DNA from: a virus
Lineage: Duplodnaviria > Caudoviricetes
IMG/VR virus record: IMGVR_UViG_3300025410_000023
Coordinates: 1-55,072 of that record
Length of the DNA stretch: 55,072 nucleotides
Strand: one strand, 5' to 3'
Below, piece after piece: positions 47,401 to 55,072 of this stretch (the stretch's first letter is position 1; every line of letters starts with the position of its first letter). The notes below the pieces were generated by a model. It did no database searches. It saw nothing but the letters and a program-made list of their open reading frames with translations, and was not told where the DNA came from. The position numbers and the translations under genes were made by a program.

Positions 47401-50400
47401 AGGATTTGGATGGTCTGTTGCCTACGACGAACAAGAATTTAATAATACAGGATATGGATTATTATTTGCAGGTGCTCCATTAACTGATAGAATATTATCC
47501 AATGATGCTCCTGGCGGGTTAAGGTTTGCTAGTTCTACAGGTACTACTTCTACATATGTACAAGAAGGTCTTGTAAAAATTAGTAGTATTTCTCCTATAC
47601 TTGTTGAAGAAAATACAGAAAAAGTATTACTGAGCCCTAATCCATCAAACTATGAACGTTTTGGAAGTAGTATATATCAGGCAAACACAGATCAAGGTAA
47701 ACTGCTATTAGTAGGTGCTACACAAGCATCTGGTATAGGTGTAGGTTCTGTGTATTCATACTGGATGACGACTACTGGTGGTAATATTAATATTGCTTAT
47801 AATGGAATATTATCAGCAACTGGAGTATCAGCAGGAAGTCAATGGGGATATACAATTAGTGGTTCTAATAATGCAGAGATAATTGCAGTAGGTGCTCCCG
47901 GTTATTCTAATAGAACAGGCCTAGTAAATATCTTCACAGGCACAGCTACTAATTACCTCCAAACGATTAATAGTCCTTTTGGCAAATATGCAAAGTTTGG
48001 CGAATCTATTTCTGTAAGTTCAACTGGTGACTATCTGTTTATTTCTGCACCGGAAGCAAGAGGCGACGATCAATCATATGGTAAAGTTGCTGTATATAAT
48101 ATGTCTTCTGGCACATATTCATTGATACAAATTATCAATAATCCTGTAGCAGGAGTAGGAATGAAATTTGGCCAATCTCTAGGAATAAGTCCTAACACAG
48201 ATGAATTAGTAATTTCTGCAATAGGTACAAATAGACATATTTCTGATACATTTGATAGATACTCTGTGTTGCTAGGAAACTATGTAAACGACTCAAACAG
48301 CGAATACAGTGATTCTCAAACTACATTTGATCTAGGATCAACATCTTTCTTTGATGATGTTATATATTCTGGTACGACTTATGTTTATAATAAGAAGGCA
48401 AATTTATTCAAACTTGCTGATGAATTAACTCCTGTTGATACAAATACTGGAACTAATTTTGGTTTCAGTGTTTCTGTAAATGCAAATAGCATTTATGTAG
48501 GAGCTCCAGCTTATAAAAATAATACAAATCCAGATACTGCTACAAGTGCATTCTATCAATTTTATAAAATCAATACAGGTACCCAAAGCTGGAGTTTAAT
48601 TAGATCTCAAGACGATTTAGTAGTAACAGATACAATACAAAAAGTTTCTTTAATTGATGCATTCAATGAAGAACTTGTTGATTATCTTGAAGTTATAGAT
48701 CCTGTAAAAGGAAAAATTTCAGGACTAGCAGAACAAGAATTAAAATATCGTTCTTCTTTTGACCCTGCTGTTTATTCATTGGGTACAAGTGCCACAGTTA
48801 ACGATCCTAATACAAATTGGTCCAACGAGCAAGTTGGAGAGCTATGGTGGGATTTATCAACAGCCAAATATGTATGGTACGAACAAGGTGAAGTAGAATA
48901 CCGTAAAAATAATTGGGGTAAATTATTTCCAGGTTCGAGTATTGATGTATATGAATGGGTTGAATCAACAATACTACCTAGTCAATGGGCTAGCCTAGCA
49001 GATACCGCTGTTGGGTTAAGCAATGGTATTAGTGGACAACCTAAATATCCAAATAACGATATTGTTGCAGTTAAACAAATTTATAATCCATTAAGTGATT
49101 CATTTACAAATTATTATTACTTCTGGGTAAAAAATAAAACAACTGTTCCTAATGTAAAAAATAGAAGAATATCTGCGTTTGATGTTGCAGAAATAATTAC
49201 CAATCCTAAATCATATGGATTAATGTATATTTCTGCATTATCTAGAGATGCAGTCGGAGTTGCTAATGTTGGAAACTTATTGGTTGATGATAGAATACAT
49301 TTAAACATCACATCAGATGTTATTGATAATACAATTCCTCGTCATACTGAATGGTTGCTGTTACAAGAAGGGTCAGCAGAAAGTGTACCTAACACATTAC
49401 TAGAGAAAAAACTTATAGATAGTTTAATAGGTCATGATAGCCTGGGAAATCTTGTACCTGATCCTGCACTGTCTGAAAGAGCAAAATATGGTATTGGTAT
49501 TAGACCAAGACAGACTTTGTTTAAAAATAGATATTCTGCACTAAGAAATATTATTGAATTTGTAAACAATGTGTTGGTTGATCAGAGAATTACAGGTAAT
49601 TACAGTTTTGTAAATCTTAATAAACAAGAACAAATTCCTGATGTAACAACTCACGAATATGATCAATCGGTTGAAGATAACGAAGCATTATTATTAATTG
49701 ATACACAATTATTTGCCACAGCACAATTATCTTGTACTGTAGAAAATGGTAAAATAACCAGTGTTACAATTAATAATCCAGGATATGGATATAAAATTAG
49801 TCCTACAGTTTCTATCAACAGTAGTACGGTTGCATCTATTAGTACAACAATTGATGCAAATGGGCGTGTTGTTTCTGTTAACATTGAGAATGCTGGTAGT
49901 GGTTTTACAGTTCCTCCTGAGTTAACAGTAAGACCTTATACTGTTATTGTACAGGCCGATTCTACCTATAACGGTAAATGGACTAAATTTATATTTGACA
50001 CAGATTTTAAAACTTGGGTAAGATCACATACTCAGGCTTATAATACAACTTTATATTGGAATTATATTGATTGGGTTGATTCTTCATATAATCCTTTTGT
50101 AGATATTGCATATACAATAGATGAATTATACGAGCTTAATGAAATAACTGTATCTACTAGACAATATGTTAAAGTTAAAAATGCAGGATTAGGTTATTAT
50201 GTTATATTAGAAAAAATAGATACTGGCAACGGAACATTTGATTCTGATTATAATATTGTTTATTCTCAAAATGGAACAATAGAGTTGTCATCTAATTTAT
50301 GGGACATTAGAAATACAAATCTTGCTTATGATGAAAATACCTACGATCAAACATTGTATGATCAAACTCCTGATGCTGAATTATTGTATATTTTAACAGC

Positions 50401-53400
50401 ATTGAAACAAGATTTATTTGTAAATGACTTAAAAGTTAATTGGAATTTATTATTCTTTAGAGCAGTTAAGTATGCACTATCAGAACAGAAATTATTAGAC
50501 TGGGCATTTAAAACATCATTTATCAATGTTACAAATTATGCTGGTGGGTTGGATCAACGATTGGTATACAAATTACAGAACAGTAGTTATTATGAAGATT
50601 ATGTAAATGAAGTTAAACCTTATCATACGCAGATAAGAACATTTACTACTAATTATACATTAACAGATCCTAGTGGATCATTTATAACTGATTTTGATTT
50701 ACCTGCAATATATGATAAATCTTCTGACAAGTTTATAACAGTAGATACAAGTAGTTCATATATTTCTCAATATCCTTGGAAATCCTGGGCAGATAATTAC
50801 TCTGATTTTGTGTCTGAAATATCATTAGGAAATTCAGGAGCAGGATATACCGAAGCTCCGCAGATAATTATTTCTGATCCAGATCTTGAAGGAGGTACTA
50901 CTGCTACTGCCGAAGCATATGTAAGCTCCGGCGCAATTTCTCAAATTCGAGTAATTAATTCAGGTAGCGGATACATAACCACACCCGAGGTTAGTATATT
51001 AGGTGGCGGATCAGTTATAACTACTGCAACAGCATATCCATACATTGCAAATAACAAAGTAAGATCTACTACAATTGGATTAAAATTTGACAGAACTAGC
51101 AAAGTATCACAGGCTGGAAATGTCGTAACATCTGATAGTTTTAATTGTAATGGCACAGATTCGGAGTTTTCATTAACTTGGTTAGCCGAGTTAGATAAAT
51201 CTAAGATTGTGGTTACTCTTGACAGATCATTGATATTAAATTCTGATTATACAATTAAAAATTATGTAAAAACTTATAATGGTTATGCAAAACATTATAG
51301 TAAAATTTCATTCTTAAATTATGTTCCTAAGTTAGGACAGGTATTATCAGTTACTTATAATAAGAGTCAAAGTGTGTTAAATGCTGTTGACAGAATAGAA
51401 AATTATTATACAGCTACATCTGGTATGCCAGGCCTAGATTTAGGACAACTAATGACCGGAATTGATTATCCTAAAACTAGAATAACAGGATTGATGTTTG
51501 ATTACACTACCCAATGGGATATCAATGGTTATGATACAGCATTGTGGGATGACAATTTTGGATTCTATACAGTTACAACGTCAACTAACAGATCCTATAA
51601 TACTACAGGTACTTCATCAACTATTAAATTATCGGATATATCAGGAGTTACAATTGGACAAAGTGTAGCAGTAATAAGCACCACATCTAATGTGTTTAGT
51701 GGAACTAATCCTAAAGTTGTAGGTGTAGATCCAATCACAAATGTAGTTACAATTAATACTACCACAGTTAATGTTATAAGCACAGGTTCTGTAATAGAAT
51801 TTTGGAGTTATAATACCGATTCTAGTGTATTAGACAGTTCAATAAGAGGTGGCGATTTAGGATATACAACTGCATTAGGAATTAATCCATCTGATATTAT
51901 CATCGATGGTGATGGATTCTTAACACCTAACACGAGCTATGCTCCAGAAGAAATGGTGCCTGGAGAAGTTGTTGAAAGTTTAGGCATTAATGTATACACA
52001 AAGAGTCCACAAGCGTCTCCAGTTATAGTATCATCATATATTGATGTAGTAGCAGGATCGACTACGACTAGAGTTATGAGTGTTGTTCCTCCAAATAGTG
52101 CCAGCGTTATGGTTACATATAATGGAACAATTTTTAGCTATACTGCAACAAATATAACTTCGTCGACAATGTATAACATTAATTGGGATCTAAACAAATT
52201 AATTATTCCTCCACAACCTGTGTCGGGAAAATTAGGTTATACTATAGTAACTATAGGTAGCAATAGCACTGAAAATCAAACAGGATTAACAGACTCTCAA
52301 AGCATAGTAACTGACCAAACTACAATTGAAATACAAAGTATATCTGGTGTTAATACAGTTAAGACTGCTTATGTAACAGTTAACGGTCAATCTATATCCG
52401 CTGTAACTACATCATCAAATTATGGATACGTATTGACTTCAGCAAATAATAACAATCGTAGAGCGGCTGTTATTGTTTATAATTTACCAGCTGGTGAAAA
52501 CAGAGTTAGTGTTTGGTTCTTTGGTACTGATCATAAAACATTTAATGAAATTAACGAACAGATTATTAAAATTAATACACTATCTACTGCTACTGTATAT
52601 ACAGAATTTCCAATAGCATTAACTCAACCTCCAGGCAATATTAAACCTGAAGTAGCCAATGCAATTGTTGATTTTGCTGATAGTAATGGTAGAAAATTAT
52701 TAGTTCCTCCGCACATCGATTACTATCAGGTGTATGATAGAAATACAAATACATTCCAAATAACTGATACTGTAGGATATAATGGAGATACCAATGATTT
52801 TGGATTAGAAAATGTACGTGCATACATTAACGGGCAGGAATTATTAAGAGGATTTGATTTCTCGGTAAATTCCACTGGCCTTGTTACTATAATACAACCA
52901 GTACTAAATCCGGGTGATGTTGTAGCAATTTTGTATAAATCATCTTCACCATCTTATCCTACTACAAATCTTCCTAGACAAGATTATGAATATGATATTA
53001 TTGGAAACAATCTTTTATTATGTGCGCCCCCTACATATTCTAATTATTTTGGATGGAATACCAATTGGAGTGGCGAGATTAGAGTTATAACATATACCGA
53101 TCAAGACGATATGTTAATGAGAACAGAAAAATTCTTTGGAAATTCAAATCATAGATTTAAAATTAGTCGTCCAGTGTTAGATGAAAATTATATATGGGTA
53201 AGTCTAAATGGTATACCTTTGGTTAATTTTGTTGATTTTGAAATTTTAGATGACAGTGTTACTGTCCAAATATCTGATAAATTTACAATTGGAGCTAAAG
53301 ATCAAATTGTAATTAGAACATTTAATAGTACTGATTTGTCCACCACGGTATTGGGTTATAGAATATTCAATGATTTGTTTAATAGAACACAATTTAAACG

Positions 53401-54385
53401 TTTGAGTAAACAAAACACTACCTATCTAACTAGTCCATTATTTTTTACAGATACAGAAATAAATGTTGCTGATGCAACAGTATTAACACAACCAATTGTT
53501 GATAAAAATATTCCTGGTGTTGTAATTATTGATGGAGAAAGAATTGAGTTTTTTAAAGTCAATGGTAATATATTAGGACAACTTCGTAGAAGTACATTAG
53601 GTACTGCACCTAAATTCTATAGTCAAGAAAATACAAAAGTTATTGATCAAGGAACTGATCAAACAGTTCCTTACAGTGAAACAATTCTTGTACAAAATAC
53701 ATTAACAACAACAAGTACAGTCTACACAATTTCAACAAATAGTAATATAGTTCAATATTATACAGGCTTAGCAAATACAGCAACATTTGTAAATAGTGGA
53801 ATAACATTATCTACCATAGTAAATGCTACTGATCAAATTAGTGTTTATTATGGAGGCAGATTGCTAAACAAAGAAGGAACGTATCATCAAGACATCTCAG
53901 TTTCATATGATAGTCCTGCAATAAGCTCAGTTGGATTTGTAGATAACATAACTTCTTTGCCAGTTACTGGAATATTAAATACTTCATTTGTTGTTACATC
54001 AACAAATGAAGTATGGGTATTTGAAAATTCTAAGGAAGAAAATTCATTTAGAGGATACGTATACAAAGGATTGAAGTATCAACCTCCTGAGTTTACTGTT
54101 AATACATCTACTCAGCAAATTACATTAAATATTCCTGAAGGTGTCTACCCAGACATAAAATTAACTGTGGTAAAACGTCAGGTTGAAAGATCGTCAGTTT
54201 GGAATACAGAAGTTAACAGTACTAAAACATTATCGTTAATAGATAGTGATACTTTACAGGCTGTATTTTTACAGGATAGTCCTGCTGAATTGCCAGATAA
54301 TTATTATTACGGAGGTGATCCTGCACTTGAAGATGATACAGGAATTGCTATTATAGATCAATCAGGATCTCCATTAGAAGGATAA
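41480..54385 (+). CDS. Giant baseplate wedge/structural protein in the gp7 position (4301 aa)
   Basis: Follows gp6; LLPEF N-terminus, FY.GFI.EKGT.NAI motif, VKPYHT; FG-GAP-like repeats and CBM-like modules. Confidence 0.65.
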   Translation: MAEKIIKSVELLPEFLQTTKNSKFLASTIDQLIQKPQLERIEGYIGSTNTPTYTATDVYITETLPLRRDYQLNPALVVKDINGNVNDVVALDDLINEINLNGGSAENFDRIFRSEFYSYDPRIDWDKFVNYQEYYWLVNGPDTITIETTDSSTLYIDVDLIGKATYTSPNGVTLSNGMKIQFGTNVSPESYQGQEYFVEGVGTSIVLVDSRNLTSNETFSTVFSETFDSVPFDEYPFDGYKQLPINPEYITINRASPDLNPWSRYNRWVHKDIITTSALLTGQQPVYPTNMRAKRPIIEFAAGMQLYNFGSKGIGNVDLIDSKTTNAFNTVEGSAGYYIDGVLLEQGHKVIFTADTDSLIRNNIYEVVFVDIAGQLRLTLQKVETPSAGSVIGVNLGTKYAGTSWWYDGTNWNYSQQHTSLNQAPLFDLFDDLGNSYSDTRYYSSNFKGSQIFGYSIGSGTADLVLGFPLQYRNSVGVGTYLFNNYFMTDTITISTTNQTVETISTGITYFKINDQYFNVWKEAVEYPIPVLTSLLTTATSEQSYYETPLGLTNNPLNGPIPAFTLSEITDHVSTMANRDPDFIGVVPGDNNLRDLADPSSYGTRFISNINPIAFAHLFIGKKEHSVVDAVTKVADQYNQYKLSFLRKISNLDIQTDPITAVDTALTEINFEKDLLSPYYLSDMIAYGTDKITKTWTVTNTNSKIFPITSDYDPNALTLRSVLVYLNGIQLIRNRDYQFIVADASVEILVDIAIGDTIVINDYTDTKGSFVPPTPSKLGLYPKFTPSIYVDNTYVTPTTVIQGHDGSIMVAYNDYRDLIILEFETRIYNNIKAEYRSELLDINSVLPGAFRNNDYTQDEIKQILVKEFIKWTGLYNVDYVTNTAFNETNPFTWNYTESYNNTLSIPLAGSWRAIYKHFYDTDRPDTCPWEMLGFSEEPEWWTNEYGPAPYTSGNDILWGDLEQGIIKQGSRAGVNSIYARPQLSQLLPVDDSGKLVDPTVLLASDITPYSRRQPWVFGDQGAAETAWRRSSYWPFVVQKLIALTKSATYASLMYDPIRINKNIAGQWTYGSNYEFLNLQNVYIQGPNNTLTSGYSVFVSEVGRQRTGNYDTELQSDLSNLTFNLFYKVGGFVNKSKIQIIIDAIDPTSTSPGALLNAEDYNLILNVSNPIKSSAISGVIVQKNNGKLLVRGFDTSSPYFTVYGVIRNSNASSITVGGISSSYVNWAESSTTGQTGLSAVDTTTANAAIAGTFYQQGQIVKYKNSFYRVTTSHRSTESFNPAYFQILPGLPTTGGATVKTATKFDGVAVNIPYGTEFNTIQEVYDVILGYGAWLEDQGFIFDEYNTDLQTVLNWDFTGKEFLYWTTQNWANGSIVALSPFADQIKFQLANSVVDNIFNSFYDYSILKANAVAFPQKALSVSRDNGICTIKTLNSTDGIFFAKLNSVQKEHAIIFNNATLFNDTIYDIQSGYHQHRMKLVGFRTANWNGDYFSPGFVYDSAIISDWKTYTDYNAGDVVRFNGNYYSANTNLVGTTSFEFSSWTVLGSKPVAALLPNFDYKINQIEDFYSLDIDNFDAGQQQMAQHLTGYTPRTYLNNIFTDPIAQYKFYQGFIREKGTKNAISKLAKATIHNLQGQIDYREEWAFRVGYYGSFETFKELEVPLVEGTFADNPQTINFVDSVPVPPAELINYSLPSDLVITPSNYQSSDTFVTTSDIDVMQLNTAGYARFDDVNLTSFTEDGLLTFTTTNSISEGSIIWVANKNNNDWDVLRYTLSPSRIISMTPDPIVNDQLNFVTDGIHGLSAGDIISVSEFDSTMDGIYKISSIPSLSEFSITSTSTVAISQLIPSNPGLLFTFPSVRYDGFDLLPDDKNLLSLEENSKVWVDNNGTGHWAVYEKIKNYNDYAVTGSTSPVDQRLGWSISNRKNSDIFLVGSPGFVSSNNTGSVFVYGEVPYSVNEKFRYGINSNKTYHHGSDTGFGWSVAYDEQEFNNTGYGLLFAGAPLTDRILSNDAPGGLRFASSTGTTSTYVQEGLVKISSISPILVEENTEKVLLSPNPSNYERFGSSIYQANTDQGKLLLVGATQASGIGVGSVYSYWMTTTGGNINIAYNGILSATGVSAGSQWGYTISGSNNAEIIAVGAPGYSNRTGLVNIFTGTATNYLQTINSPFGKYAKFGESISVSSTGDYLFISAPEARGDDQSYGKVAVYNMSSGTYSLIQIINNPVAGVGMKFGQSLGISPNTDELVISAIGTNRHISDTFDRYSVLLGNYVNDSNSEYSDSQTTFDLGSTSFFDDVIYSGTTYVYNKKANLFKLADELTPVDTNTGTNFGFSVSVNANSIYVGAPAYKNNTNPDTATSAFYQFYKINTGTQSWSLIRSQDDLVVTDTIQKVSLIDAFNEELVDYLEVIDPVKGKISGLAEQELKYRSSFDPAVYSLGTSATVNDPNTNWSNEQVGELWWDLSTAKYVWYEQGEVEYRKNNWGKLFPGSSIDVYEWVESTILPSQWASLADTAVGLSNGISGQPKYPNNDIVAVKQIYNPLSDSFTNYYYFWVKNKTTVPNVKNRRISAFDVAEIITNPKSYGLMYISALSRDAVGVANVGNLLVDDRIHLNITSDVIDNTIPRHTEWLLLQEGSAESVPNTLLEKKLIDSLIGHDSLGNLVPDPALSERAKYGIGIRPRQTLFKNRYSALRNIIEFVNNVLVDQRITGNYSFVNLNKQEQIPDVTTHEYDQSVEDNEALLLIDTQLFATAQLSCTVENGKITSVTINNPGYGYKISPTVSINSSTVASISTTIDANGRVVSVNIENAGSGFTVPPELTVRPYTVIVQADSTYNGKWTKFIFDTDFKTWVRSHTQAYNTTLYWNYIDWVDSSYNPFVDIAYTIDELYELNEITVSTRQYVKVKNAGLGYYVILEKIDTGNGTFDSDYNIVYSQNGTIELSSNLWDIRNTNLAYDENTYDQTLYDQTPDAELLYILTALKQDLFVNDLKVNWNLLFFRAVKYALSEQKLLDWAFKTSFINVTNYAGGLDQRLVYKLQNSSYYEDYVNEVKPYHTQIRTFTTNYTLTDPSGSFITDFDLPAIYDKSSDKFITVDTSSSYISQYPWKSWADNYSDFVSEISLGNSGAGYTEAPQIIISDPDLEGGTTATAEAYVSSGAISQIRVINSGSGYITTPEVSILGGGSVITTATAYPYIANNKVRSTTIGLKFDRTSKVSQAGNVVTSDSFNCNGTDSEFSLTWLAELDKSKIVVTLDRSLILNSDYTIKNYVKTYNGYAKHYSKISFLNYVPKLGQVLSVTYNKSQSVLNAVDRIENYYTATSGMPGLDLGQLMTGIDYPKTRITGLMFDYTTQWDINGYDTALWDDNFGFYTVTTSTNRSYNTTGTSSTIKLSDISGVTIGQSVAVISTTSNVFSGTNPKVVGVDPITNVVTINTTTVNVISTGSVIEFWSYNTDSSVLDSSIRGGDLGYTTALGINPSDIIIDGDGFLTPNTSYAPEEMVPGEVVESLGINVYTKSPQASPVIVSSYIDVVAGSTTTRVMSVVPPNSASVMVTYNGTIFSYTATNITSSTMYNINWDLNKLIIPPQPVSGKLGYTIVTIGSNSTENQTGLTDSQSIVTDQTTIEIQSISGVNTVKTAYVTVNGQSISAVTTSSNYGYVLTSANNNNRRAAVIVYNLPAGENRVSVWFFGTDHKTFNEINEQIIKINTLSTATVYTEFPIALTQPPGNIKPEVANAIVDFADSNGRKLLVPPHIDYYQVYDRNTNTFQITDTVGYNGDTNDFGLENVRAYINGQELLRGFDFSVNSTGLVTIIQPVLNPGDVVAILYKSSSPSYPTTNLPRQDYEYDIIGNNLLLCAPPTYSNYFGWNTNWSGEIRVITYTDQDDMLMRTEKFFGNSNHRFKISRPVLDENYIWVSLNGIPLVNFVDFEILDDSVTVQISDKFTIGAKDQIVIRTFNSTDLSTTVLGYRIFNDLFNRTQFKRLSKQNTTYLTSPLFFTDTEINVADATVLTQPIVDKNIPGVVIIDGERIEFFKVNGNILGQLRRSTLGTAPKFYSQENTKVIDQGTDQTVPYSETILVQNTLTTTSTVYTISTNSNIVQYYTGLANTATFVNSGITLSTIVNATDQISVYYGGRLLNKEGTYHQDISVSYDSPAISSVGFVDNITSLPVTGILNTSFVVTSTNEVWVFENSKEENSFRGYVYKGLKYQPPEFTVNTSTQQITLNIPEGVYPDIKLTVVKRQVERSSVWNTEVNSTKTLSLIDSDTLQAVFLQDSPAELPDNYYYGGDPALEDDTGIAIIDQSGSPLEG

Positions 54386-54389
54386 AGAA

Positions 54390-55072
54390 ATGTCAAATAT
54401 TAATCAATTACCAACGCTTAGTACTGCTACCAGTGAAACATATTTTATGGTGGTCGATAATAGATTGGCCAAACGTTTACCCGCATTTTCAGTTGGACAA
54501 GGACCACAAGGACCGACTGGTCCACAGGGTGCTCCTGGTATAGGTACAAATGGAGCAACAGGTCCAACAGGGCCAGTAAGCACAGTTCCGGGACCTACTG
54601 GACCAACTGGGCAAGGAGTAACTGGTCCCACTGGATCGCCGAGTAATGTACCAGGTCCCACTGGAGCAACTGGACCAACTGGACAAGGGGCAATTGGTCC
54701 CACCGGATCACCGAGTAATGTACCAGGTCCCACTGGAGCAACTGGAGCACAGGGTGCGACTGGCCCAAGTGGCGGTCCTCCTGGTCCACAAGGACCTACA
54801 GGACCTACTGGTATTGGAGCAACAGGACCCACAGGCGCAAGTTCAGTAGGCCCAACTGGTCCACTAGGCCCAACTGGCCCTCAAAGTAATGTTGCTGGTC
54901 CGACTGGTCCACAAGGGGTGTTGGGTCCAACTGGAGCTACTGGACCGGGTGTTGCGGCAGTATATGTACCTGCTAGTAGTACCAGCACAGGTGTAGTAGG
55001 AAATGTTGCCTATGACAGTAATTTTGTCTATATATGTGTTGCTCCTAACACCTGGCGCAGAGCTTTTGTATC
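54390..55072 (+). CDS. Collagen-like fibre protein (partial, runs off right edge)
   Basis: Not in ORF track. ATG 54390, [13 protein letters not shown]..., interrupted G-P-T/G-A-T triplets, then [32 protein letters not shown]. Confidence 0.85.
   Translation, partial: MSNINQLPTLSTATSETYFMVVDNRLAKRLPAFSVGQGPQGPTGPQGAPGIGTNGATGPTGPVSTVPGPTGPTGQGVTGPTGSPSNVPGPTGATGPTGQGAIGPTGSPSNVPGPTGATGAQGATGPSGGPPGPQGPTGPTGIGATGPTGASSVGPTGPLGPTGPQSNVAGPTGPQGVLGPTGATGPGVAAVYVPASSTSTGVVGNVAYDSNFVYICVAPNTWRRAFV
54597..54746. repeat. 72-nt tandem duplication within the collagen region
   Basis: Near-identical units start at 54597 and 54669 ([22 protein letters not shown]). Confidence 0.85.

Noticed and set aside
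1362-52823. Numerous 60-153 aa ORFs nested in or antisense to large genes (e.g. 2724-3074, 18025-18375, 21917-22321, 34829-35290)
   Set aside because: Fully overlap well-supported genes and show no recognisable protein motifs; expected from codon bias.
54404-54849. Antisense or alternate-frame ORFs of 142, 65, 64 and 67 aa
   Set aside because: Shadows of the GC-rich collagen codons of the + strand gene starting at 54390.
1-55072. Stop-codon reassignment (no accepted gene ends in TAG)
   Set aside because: Very long ORFs are open in code 11 and genes tile without gaps, so TAG is simply avoided, as is common in AT-rich phages.

Overview
AT-rich segment of a large T4-superfamily (probably jumbo) myophage genome, read in standard code 11. 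Left arm (- strand, 1-24769): tail-fibre/virion accessory genes, then a head module (MCP gp23, scaffold gp22, protease gp21, acidic core protein, portal gp20) and a tape-measure-like gene. Centre: gp26/gp51-like hub assembly genes (+) and a - strand block with a gp55-like late sigma factor, gp47/gp46 (Mre11/Rad50-like), a small basic ORF and a GIY-YIG nuclease. Right arm (+): baseplate genes (gp48/54-like, gp53, gp27-like, gp5 with a C-terminal lambda-R-type muramidase, gp25, gp6, a 4301-aa gp7-like protein) and a collagen-like fibre cut by the window end. Late genes are preceded by TAAATA/TATAAATA boxes. The most notable unexplained element is a ~440-nt non-coding region (26540-26983) starting right at the GIY-YIG stop codon. 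It comprises a GC-enriched multi-stem, probably pseudoknotted RNA whose G-U wobbles work only on the - strand, followed by a cluster of ssDNA-type mini-hairpins. Family assignments come from motif recognition and synteny only; no searches were run.
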